Origin: Octopus sinensis
Taxonomy: Eukaryota
Assembly (NCBI RefSeq): GCF_006345805.1
Contig: NC_043006.1
Location: forward strand, 68,200,001-68,264,000
Reading direction: 5' to 3'
Length of the DNA stretch: 64,000 nucleotides
Part shown: positions 35,712-47,900 of the stretch, one piece after another
How the letters are laid out: each line of letters starts with the position of its first letter
How positions within the stretch are numbered: the stretch's first letter is position 1
Position numbers and translations under genes: made by a program
The notes under the pieces: generated by a model
Databases searched by the model: none
The model's input: the letters and a program-made list of their open reading frames with translations, nothing else
Told to the model about the DNA's origin: nothing

Positions 35712-37394
35712 TTCTTAATTGCTCACAGGGGGCTAAAAATAGAGGGGACAAACAAACAAGGACGGAAAAGGGGATTAAGTCAATTACATTGATCCCAGTG
35801 CATTACTGGTACTTACTTAATCAGCTATGAAAGGTGAAATCGAACTTGGCAGAATTTGAACTCAGAGCGTAACGTCAGACAAAATACTGCTAAGCATTTC
35901 ATATATATATATATATCTATACATACATATATATATATATACATACATACAAATGTGCACACACATACATGTGAAATATTTCTTACCGAGACTTTAGCAT
36001 CTAACATTGCTTGGCACCACTTGATAGCTTCCACAGAACAAGATCGGATTGTTTCTGTACGCCCATGCCAAAATACACGGATTGTTGCAGTTTCATATGT
36101 CGGAGCTGGCCTGAAATAAAAGCATTACGTGGCAATTATTACTAATTTGTGAAGTCTAAATTGTAATCATTAAGGTACTAGATCAATAGTTGTTATTCTA
36201 GAAGTTTAACACTTTAGCATTCAAACTGGCCATATTCGGACAAAATATTCTACTGTTTTATATTGAAACTGGCGAGGGTTCAGCCTCTCACACACATCCT
36301 ACAATGCCATTCTAAAACTAAGCATCGGCATCTCTAAACTACAAGATAATGCATAATTAATTTTATACTATTTTTTAATTTTTTTTTTTATTTGTGTCAG
36401 TTATTAGACTGTGGCCATGCTGGAGCACTGCCTTTAGTTGAACAAATCGCCCCCAGGACTTATTCTTTGTAACGCTAGTACTTATTCCATCAGTCTCCTT
36501 TTGCCGAACTGCTAAGTTACGGGGACATAAACACACCAACATCGGTTGTCAAGCGATGGTTGGGGGACAAACACAGACACACAAACATACATACATATAT
36601 ATATATATGAAGCTTTGTAATTGAATTTGGTAGATGGAAGTTACTGCCGTTACTGCTGTGTGTGTATATGTGTATGTAGGTGCTTGTGCCTCTCCGAGAT
36701 ATATATATGTATGTATATATATATATATATATATGACAGACTTCAGACTTCTTTCAGTTTCCGTCTACCAAATCCACTCACAAGACTTTGGTCGGCCTGA
36801 GGCTATAGTAGAAGACACTTGCCCAAAGTGCCACTCAGTGTGACTGAACCCGGAACCATGTGGTTGGTAAGCAAGCTACTTACCACACAACCCCTCCTGC
36901 TCCTGTATAAACAAACATTACATTTGGCAGCATAATCTGAACACTAAAGGGTTAATAGTTATACTCACTTGCCATACAAACGGTAGTAGGTGTACTGCAA
37001 TGCAAGTTGGACATGTGTATCTGGATGAAGATTAAAACTTCGCAGGAAAGTACGGCCATATTTATCATACCACAAAATGTTACATTTTATTGTCTTGGCC
37101 TGAAAATGACATAAAACTGTTACAGAGAAAATGTAGCAAGTAGAGCAGGCTGGTTGACTGAGACACTAATAAATTAATGGTTGAGCCATTCTATTGTCTC
37201 TTTAGTCTGGCTTCAGTCAACAAACTACAGAGAGATGACCAACTTCCAGCCAGAATTATCCTTTTATATGAAACCTTCATTGCTGTTTCCTAATCACAAT
37301 AGATTATGGATCTCAACACCACCCTATGAGATAACGTCTAAAAAAATTTTAAACCTGATAGACAAGTTCTATAAAAAGAGACTTCAATATATAT

Positions 37395-37447
<53 letters not shown>

Positions 37448-38244
37448 TCATCATCATCATCCTCGTTTAACGTCTGCCTTCCATTCTAGCATGGGTGGGA
37501 CAGTTTCACAAGAGCCAGTCAGGCAGAAGCCTGCGCCAGACTTCTGTGACTGTTTTGGCAGGATTTTTATAGCTGGATGCCCTTCCTAACACCAACCACT
37601 CAGCAGAGTGGACTTAGAGCTTTTTACATGGCACAACCACAGGCGAGGTCAGTTTTAGCAAGGTTTTTACAGCTGGATGCCCTTTTGAACACCAACCAAT
37701 TTATAGTGTGGCCTAGGTGCTTTTAAGTGGCACCTGCACTGACAGGGTCACCAAGTACTTGCAAGCCAAAAAACAAAAAAAAATTTTAAGAGGGGAGGAG
37801 GCATTGGAGTAGATGATCTTGTTTTGGATGATGAAAGGCTAAAGTGAGACAGAGACACAGAAACAGGTGTCTTGCTGTAGAGGAAGAACAAGGTTACCTG
37901 GAGAGAGATCAGGAATGAAGGCAAAAACAGGTGCACTACTGCAAAGGAAAGACATGGTTACCCAACCTGAGGGAAATGCAGGAGAAGGTGCGAGAGAGTG
38001 GGAGACAGCGGAATAGAGATGGTGGTAAAATGCTGGGCATACTCACAAGGGACGGGGATCAGAATATAAATGGGACGATTGAGTAAAGGAAGAGAGGGAT
38101 ATTGATGGTGGTAAGTGCCAGGGCATACCCTTGAGGTTCGAAAGCCATAATATAAGTGGCAGGATATTGCAAAGGTAGTGTGAATAAAGAGTGCAGAGGG
38201 GGGAGGGTGGTGAAGACCTGGGTAGACATAGAGCCGGGTGGGGG

Positions 38245-38322
<78 letters not shown>

Positions 38323-41300
38323 TCTTGATGGTTGATCCTTGTGATGGAGGGCCTTGCATGGACCAATAACTCTGAGAGCGATGCTGACAGGAATTCTAAA
38401 CTCCTGGTAGGGCCACCCTTGGTAGTAAAGTTGAAGATGGGGAACCAGGCTAAGAATGACCAACTCCCAAAGACTCCAATGGTGGAACAGGTAGATGATA
38501 ATTACAACAGATCTCAATGGTTGAAACAGCAGATGAAGAGGGCTATGTATGATGGACATGCTACAGAAGGCACCACTCAAAACTGTAACTGAATCAGCAG
38601 CAGTCCGTTGCAACTTCATAACTGGATCTTGTATGTGTCATTCCATATCTGCTGCAGAGGAACGTCATGAAATTAAGTGTGTATGTCGCATCCTGACAAA
38701 TTGAAGTTCACTTTAAACAAATCCACACCATTGGCACTTTCTTCTACTCTGTCTTTTACAAGTTATCTCTACAGATTTCCTATAGAAATTCCAGCCAGTG
38801 CTGAAAGTCACATTTCATATAAAATACATGTATGTAAACAATGTGATCTAAAACAGAAAAATAGGTAATGAAGGCAATGAATGTATATGCATATTCCATG
38901 AGCTCTTGCTCCTTCTTCAGTACCTCATTCAACTCATTGACCATCCGTGCTTGAGAAGACCTGGCAAGCGAAGTGAGACGATAACCATGGCCTATGCAAG
39001 TGTAGCATCACTGGCCCATTTAAGAGTACAATAAACTGTGCTTGAGAAGACCTCTTGAGTCAGGTGAAAACATTGTCGTGGCTGATGCTAGTACTGCCTA
39101 ACTGGCATTCATGCCAGTAGCACATAAAAAGCTACCATTCAAGCATGGTCGTTTCCAGTACTGCTTCACTGGCATTCATGCCAGTGGCACATAAAAAGCA
39201 CCATTCAAGTGAGGTCGTTGCCACTATTGTCTGACTGGCTCCTGTGCTGGTGACACATAAAAAAAGCACCATTCAAGTGTGGTCGTTGCCACTATCGCCT
39301 GACTGGCTCCTGTGCTGGTGACACATAAAAAGCACCATTCAAGTGTGGTTGTTGCCAGTGCCGGCTGACTGGCTCCCATGCTGGTGGCATGTAAAAAGCA
39401 CCATTCAAACGTGGTCGATGCCAGTACTGCCTGACTGGCCCTCGTGCCAGTGGCATGTAAAAAGCATCCACTACACTCTCATAGTGGTTGACATTAGGAA
39501 GAGCATCCGGCTGTAGAAACCATGCCAGATCAGATTGGAGCCTGGTACAGCCTTCTGGCTTGCCAGTCCTCAGTCAAACTGTCCAACCCATGTCAGCATG
39601 AAAGCGGACGTTAAATGATGATGATAAGGAAATATAGTGTTCCTACCAGCAATTAATTAATATACTTGGTGGTATATTATGGTTGCAAGATGAAACACAG
39701 TGTCCTTACCAGCAACTAACATGTATGTACCAGTTGTTAGGAATGTGTCTAATATCTAAAATTAGTACATCCTATTGTGTTACTGTTAAATTTAGTTAGC
39801 TACTAGCCTACCTGTGACCTGTTTAAACACCAATTGTTCAAGGTACCCAAAATAACTGCATATCTTGAGAAACTGTGATCTGATTTATGCAAAACTTGTT
39901 TTATTTCCTTTGTATTCACATTTCAATGGTACCTTACTTTCAAAGCATTTTTGCAATTATGCACTGATTTGGCTATTTATAAAGGTACCCATAAAAACTG
40001 GATATCTCAAGAATCCATGGTCCTATTTAAGTGAAACTTGTCTTATTCTGTTTGTATTCCCATTATGCACTAGTTTGGCTATATTAAATTACAGACAGGA
40101 ACACACAAGCAATCACAGACTTTTAGTAGTATATAGATATAAGTAATGTTTGTGGATAGTTACTGGGTTGGATGTGGTACTGAAGAAGGCACAAGAACTC
40201 TTGAAATATGCATATACATCCATTACCTATTTTTCTAGCTTTGAATGCATATTTACATAGATGAAAGTTTATATGAAATGTCAAAATGTTCAGTGCAGGC
40301 TCCAATATCTGTAGAAAATCTGTAGAGGTAACTTTAAAAAAAAGTGACTAAATTGCACAGCTAACACAGGTGGGACAGAGTATTGACTTATAAGCCTTCA
40401 ATATACTTGACAGTATATGATGGTTGCATAATGAAATATAGTGCCCCTACTAGTAATGTATGTGTGTGTGTGTGTATATATATATTTATTTCAATACGGA
40501 GCAAATAATTCATGAGAAAAATAATTCATGGGAAAATAATTTGCGAAGATATCATCGACTATTATTATCTAGTCTAACAATTTAAAAATGATAATAACAG
40601 AATCAATAATGTAGGCAATTGCAGCCCCACCTCCCAAAGCTTTAAATAGCTGAAGGATTAAAATTAATCGAAGGACATACTAAGTATGTCTATCTGCTGG
40701 AAATAACAATCAAAACTCTTATTTAAATCACCAAAATATATGTATATATATATATACACACAGGCATACGCACTTTGCGTTTTATCCTTTTGAGATTGAT
40801 GAAATAAGTACCAGCCAAGTGCTGGGGTTGATGTAAGCAACTTCCTCCTTCCCACGAAGTTGCAGGTCCTGTACCAAAATTTGAAACCATCATTATTATT
40901 ATTAAGGTGATGAGCTGGCAGAATCGTTAGCATGGTCGATGAAATGCTTAGCGGTATTTTGCCTGTTGCTATGTTTTGAGTTCAAATTTTGCTGTGGTTG
41001 ATTTTACCTGTCATCCTTTTGGGATCGATAAATTAAGTACCAGTGAAACACTGAGGCCAATGTAATTGACTCATCCCCTCCTCAAAACTGTTGCCCTTGT
41101 GACAAAATTTAAAACCATTATTATTATTATTATTATTTAGAGTAAACAACCTGAGCTGTGAATGCAGTAATTCTTCCTTAAAATAAAATGAAAATGTAAA
41201 CTTACAGTGTTCAAATACATTTTTTTTGCATCTTCAATTCCTTGATAAATGCTTTCATTCAAGTGAAGTACAATTTCTTTTGGTGGTTCCAAGTCTCGAA

Positions 41301-41886
41301 CAGTCATGTTTCCCTGCAGTGATCAAGTTATATATTTTACAGAAACAGCTGTTGGCAAATTATTGAGAGCAAAATGGAGTTAAACAAGAGATACTATGGA
41401 AGCTGGTCATTCCATCATAAATCAAACCTTGATGACAATAGTTTATTCAGTGTTAATGGAATGTAATGAGCAGAGAAAAGTTAATCAAAATTTCTTCTGT
41501 AACAAGGAAAACGAATCATTGGTTTCATGACTAATTTCTTTTTTTGATAAAGGTAACAACAACAACTCTAGAATTTAGATTTGAATTAACCCATAAAGCG
41601 CTGGGATTTGCATTTACATAGCATTGACTGCTGAGCACATTGTATGAAAATAAACCTACCATGCACACATAAAAAACAAAAAATAGTTAAAATATCTTCT
41701 AAGTATATAATGGTGGCAAGTTTTACATCATCCGAAAAGTCATTAGTTGAACTATTAGTCATTTTGCATTCTGGGGGGTATTGGAGTGTTTGAGTGACAT
41801 TAGACCCCAACAAATGCTCATAAATTAAATGCATCTATCTGGGTTACAATCATGGCCTGTCATGCTTTATGTGTTAAATATATTTA

Positions 41887-41926
<40 letters not shown>

Positions 41927-44900
41927 CACACACACATACACCCATGCACACATATATATATATAAGTGTACACACACACACATTTATATACACATGTATA
42001 TGTGTGTGTATGTATGCACATAAATATATGCGTGTGTGTGTGTGTGTGTGTGTATTTCAAAGTATACAGTATTATATATCCATTACAAATGATCTTGCCA
42101 ATTAGTTTCACACTGGATATTAATTTTGGATAAGAGCACATGAGGCAGAAATAACATCAAAAGGACCACATGAGCAGCCAAATATGTGAATGTATGTGGG
42201 AGTGGCAGAAAGTCTCTTCAGGATCAGATTCGATACCCATAAGTCCCTCTTCAATATGCTAAAGAGATAAAATGTCACTGCCCTGGCCAGGCACAAACGG
42301 TCATTAAAGGAAAGTGCAATGGAATACAGGATAAAGTGAAAAATCTTTGAGAAGTGCAAGGCTTATTTTATTATTATTTTAATAGCAACACGAAATGCAG
42401 ATTATGCTGAGCTGAGAAAGAAACCATATCAAAAAACTTTCAGGACCTTGACATCTATCTAAACTGCAGAAGTGAGATTTTTAGCCCTTGCCCACATGAA
42501 AGAAAGTATATTTCAACATAGCTACAGGCCCAATTATGACTATAGTTACTAATTCTGGACCTTCAGCTCTTTCACTACCATATCCTGAGAACCCAACAAA
42601 GAGTTTAACTAAAACACACAGATGTATATGCACCCTCATCCCACCAAAACATCTAATCATGTAAACCCCCACACACATTTCAGAAAACTTTTGCAGCCTA
42701 ACAGCATCTCAGAGAATTTTCAGTTCAAGAGATATAACTCTTAATATAACCCTTGCTCATTTCAACGTCTTTGTTCACAGCACCAACAAACTGGATTTGA
42801 TTTTTCACTTCCAATAACGTAGAGCAATTGCTATACATCTTTTCCATACTTGTTGGTTCTGATGAATATGTAGTATTATTTAACCATGCTGTCAACTAAC
42901 ATCCAGTTTAATATTCAGTGTGAAACTGATCTGTAAGATCAGCCATAATGGATATATAATACTTATATGTAATCACTATCGCCAAATATAAGTGTATATA
43001 TTTTATAACTTACGGATTCTTACATAACTTTATATATATATATAACGTACATATGTATGTGTGTGTGTGAGTGTTTGTGCATGTTTGTATGGTTCCTTGT
43101 CTAAACATGTGGTATTTGCAAATGAAAATTAGTGTCTTACAAGTGAAGTTCTTAGTTCCCAGTCTTCTGTGAAAAACATATGGGAAAATATGACCTTGCT
43201 TAGAAGCAGGTGATGGTTGTTGATACATAGAATAATGCAGTCCAAGATACTCATAAAAAGACGGAATAGTCAAAATCATACTACTTTTGATCACATATCT
43301 ACTGTCTTGATTTTGAGTTGAACAACAATTCCCTACTCTATGAGCAGCTAATACATTGACAGTCCATTACTGGGGACATTATTATTCCTTTTTACAATAT
43401 TCCATTTACTGTGCTTTTATAAATAAAAAATATAAGATATAATGAAAATTTAATCACGGAATCAGCTTTGAAGCTTGGTGCATCAGTAGTAGTGGTAGTA
43501 GATTTTGTGGTTTCATAATAGTTAAGAGCCCTACTGTGCCTCAATAGCCAAAATTTAACTTGGTTTCAATAACAACTTCTTCAATAGCTATGGGCCTGTC
43601 TTGATCTCTGTCATACCATAAAATGTAAATTTGAATGTCAGAAATGAGTAAAACTTACTGTCCATTTTCCTTTTGACTCTTTGACACGGCAGTCAACATA
43701 ATACGTCATGTGGACGGTGGTCATCCCATCAGAGGGTGCGTGCTAACAGAATAAAATGAAGAATAAATTATTTATAAAGTGAAATGCTACATCATATATG
43801 AGAAGTTGAAGGGCAAATAGTTATTTTCTACAGGCAATAAATGAGAAGGAAACAAGAATTAGATGTTTAATATAGAATTTGAAAACTTGAAGTATTTGAA
43901 TAGGAAAGGAGCTTCTAAAGATAAAGGGGAGCACTATGAAATGGTGTATGTTATAATGTTGGAGGTGAGTATCAAAATAAGGTTAACAATAATGAGAAAA
44001 AGGATTAGGTGGCAAGCTACCAAAATTGTTAGTATGCTGGGCAAAATGCTTTCTGGTATTTTGTCTGTCTTTATGTTCTGAGTTCAAATTCTACCAAGGT
44101 AAAGTTTGCCTGTGCTTTAACTCAGGTGTTCTGAGGATCTGCATGTATACAACTATTGTTGAATCATATTAATGCAATACTGCATATAATATACATAACA
44201 TTTAAAACAATTAACCACCGAAAATGATGCATTGAAACAATTATAGTGATTTGTAATAAAACCTGTTCAATCCATCTTCTCATATTAAAATTTGTTTATA
44301 TAAAGATATATATATATATATAACAGTTATTGAGGTGTAGATAAAGATTGAGGTGGGATTGTGGAGTTGATGTGGCCACAGGAGAAATAGTGGAATAAAT
44401 GTAGTCCTAGGAGAGATTGTGGCATAGATATAGACATGCCAGAGATTGTAAAGAAGTGGTTATGTCTGGTCTGAGAACTATTGTACAATCACATGGCCAA
44501 AGTTGATATAGTTGTTTGTCCAACAGAAATTAATGTTGTGACAATTTCTGTTGGAGTAGTTATGTCATAAATAAATTTATGAACATCACACCATGGTGAA
44601 AGTAAAGTTTAATTTTTATTTATGTAGCCAGTGACCCCTGACTGGTGGCACATAAAATACACCATCTAAATGCGGTCAAGGCCAGTGCCCCCCGACTGGC
44701 TCCTGTGCCAGTGGCACGTAAAAGGCATCATCTGAACGTGGCCAATGCCAGTGCCTCCTGACTGGCTCCCGTGCTGGTGGCATGTAAAAAGCACCATCCA
44801 AATGTGGCCAATGCCTCCTGACTACCTCCCGTGCTGGTGGCATGTAAAAAGCACCATCTGAACGTGGCCGGTGCCAGTGCCCCATGACTGGCTCCCATGC

Positions 44901-47900
44901 TGATAGCACATAAAAACACCATCTGAACGTGGCCAATGCCAGTGCCTCCTGGCAGGCTCCTGTGCTGGTGGCACGTAAAAAACACTATCCAAATGTGATC
45001 GATGCCAGGATAGCTTGACGGGTTCTTGTGCTGGTGATATGTAAAAAGCACCCACTACACTCTCAGAGTGGTTGGTGTTAGGAAGGGCATCCAGCTATAG
45101 AAACATTACCAGATCAGATTGGAGTCTGGTGCAGCCGCTGGCTTTCCAGATTTCAGTCAAACCGTCCAACCCATGCCAGCATGGAAAATGGACATTAAAC
45201 AACGATGATGATGATGATGAAAATCAAAATGGAAAACAAAACTACTTACATCAAGGTTAGAACCAAAAAGACCATTTTTGAAACTGATAAGGTTAAGAGA
45301 TTTATCAAACCATCTGTTAGTTGGATCACCGGCAATGGCTTTTGTAAACAACTGGGAAAAAGGAAGAAAGAAATAATGTTAAATAATATGGACAAGAAAA
45401 TATTAATATCTGGGCTACCACTACCATCATCATCATCTTCATCACATTTATAGAGCAACATTGCTTATATAACTTCTTGCCAAGCACACAGAGTTTTTAC
45501 ATAATTCATTTTTCTTTTTCCTCCCTCCACACACATTCTACATCCAATACCTCAGTCCCACCACATGCACATATCTCTTGCTCTCTCTCTCTCTCTCTCT
45601 CACACAAATACACACACACACCACAATACATATACCATGCTATAACTGTGTATCATAATTCTCTAATGTTATCTAAGAGACACTAAATCTGTTCTGAAGA
45701 TGAAAACAGGTAACATATCTTATCGACACCTACCAGTTATTATTTATGGATATCAATATTTATTTTCAATTTTTATATTATACTCTTGATGCATATATCT
45801 ATCATATAAAATCCATTCTGTCTGTCTATGTGTGTGTGTGTGTGTGGCTTTTAGGATCTCAGGCATCCTCCATCCGATTGCGCTCAAATTTGATATGTAG
45901 ATACTGACGGTATCAGGGCGTGTATAAGTCTTGAAAAAATTACAAAAATCGATTCCAGGTGAGAATGCGATTGATAAAGCCGTGGGAAATCGTTTTTCTT
46001 TGGAATAGAGAAAAAGTCTATCTTTATTTCTTCTTTTGCTGGTGTCTCAAATTTAGGTTAAATCAGTGTTTCTCAAAGGGGAGGCCTATGGAACGGTCAG
46101 ATAAGTTGTTTTCAGAAAATTTGGCTTAAATGTTTTACAACTCAGCACCGTCCATTGGACAGGGTGTGTTTTGCTCATATATATATATATATATATATAT
46201 ATTATACAACATGTATTTATTTATATACATGAGTATATATAAATACATGTGCATGTATTTTAAGAAATATAAGCTATGGAGAATATATAAAGAAAGGGGA
46301 ACATAAGTTCATTTCTGTTTATTTGTTACTTACTTACATGCACGTGACCATGCATGCACACACTGACTAATAAGGAAAAACTGTAGATGATGGAATGATA
46401 ACTGAACCTTTATTGATCATCTATTTGCTATACATTGCATTCTTTCATTCATGGCTATTTCTCATCTCTCGATCACTCCCTCCTCAATTCTCACTCTCCT
46501 AAGCTTCTGATGTAACTGGTGTAGACAGTGGATCTCCTCTGCTCATTATGCATTGCTTCCACTCAGTGTAACTAAACATGCTACTGTACCTATTCTGACT
46601 CTTTTCTTCCTACCACTCCTTTATATTGCTCACCAATACAGGACCCATCTGCTTTCCATTTGCCATGTGAACACCTCCATTATTCAATCCCTTCAGCTCA
46701 TCTCATCACTAAAGTATAAATGGCTACATTGGACAACTTCTGCCACTTGCTTAATCCTCCACTCTTTACTGCTTGTCATCATCCTCTGTCACTGCCTGCT
46801 ATCTTATTCCTATTCTTTTTTTCCTAGATATACTGGTTCTCTGTCATTGTCTATTCCTTGGGTCCCATAACTTCTGTCACCTCTCTGACATCTCAGTCAT
46901 GTCTCATATACACACACCTACCTTAAAATACTGAGCGCTACCATCACTCCTTTCCCAATCACACATCCCTCTCATCAATATCATTTTTGCCTCTGTCACT
47001 AATGTTTCTCACTCTGTAAAGAGGCTGGCAAACAAGGACAGATGTGGTTTTATGAGGTCCCTTTAGTGATGTTGTGACCATGGCTACCCCTCAAGTGCTG
47101 GTGTCATGAAAAAAGCACAGCCAGTACACTCTGTAAGATTGTGAGAATGTTTCGTTTTGTGAAGGTCATGACATCTCTCTAGTGTTGGTGCTGTGAAAGA
47201 AAGCAGTCAATATATTCTGTAAAGTCAATGTTAGAAAGAGCATCTGAAAGAGAAACCAAACTAAAAATGAAATGCAGCCATGAGATGAAGTCGCATCTAA
47301 AAATGAGGTGAAGTCAGCTGAACAGTCTAGATAAATAGACCCAATCACTACATGCAGGTATGGAAAGCAGATGCAAAATAATGATGATACCATTCAGATA
47401 CACATTGCACACAAATATATACACTATGAACCGAACTACATAAAACAAAAAAGAATCATACCTCACTGGTGTCTTGAGGACAGTCTTCATCCAAAGAGAC
47501 AGCCATTATGCTCTTCTGAACCAATTCCAGGGTGTGAAAGTTTTCTGGATGGATTGCTAGTAATTCCTTGTAATACTGAAAATACAGAAAGTAGTAATAG
47601 TAGCAGCAGTAATAGAAATAAAGATGTAGCTTGCTTACCAACCACATGGTTCCGGATTCAGTCCCACTGTGTGGCACCTTCGGCAAGTGTCTTCGACTAT
47701 AGCCTCGGGCCGACCAAAGCCTTGTGAGTGGATTTGGTAGATGGAAACTGAAGGAAGCCCGTCGTATATTTATATTTATATATATCATCATCATCATTTA
47801 GCGTATATATATATATATATATGCATGTGTGTGTATATGTTTCTGTGTCTGTGTTTGTCCCCCCACCATCGCTTGACAACTGATGGTGGTGTGTTTATGT

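Noticed and set aside
38332-38592. 86-aa plus ORF
   Set aside because: Follows a TA tract, looks like a retroelement-derived segment, and has no recognisable domain.
39080-39480. CRISPR-like regularly spaced repeats (also 44630-45060)
   Set aside because: The whole 66-bp unit is repeated with no unique spacers, there are no cas genes, and the arrays sit inside a eukaryotic SINE.
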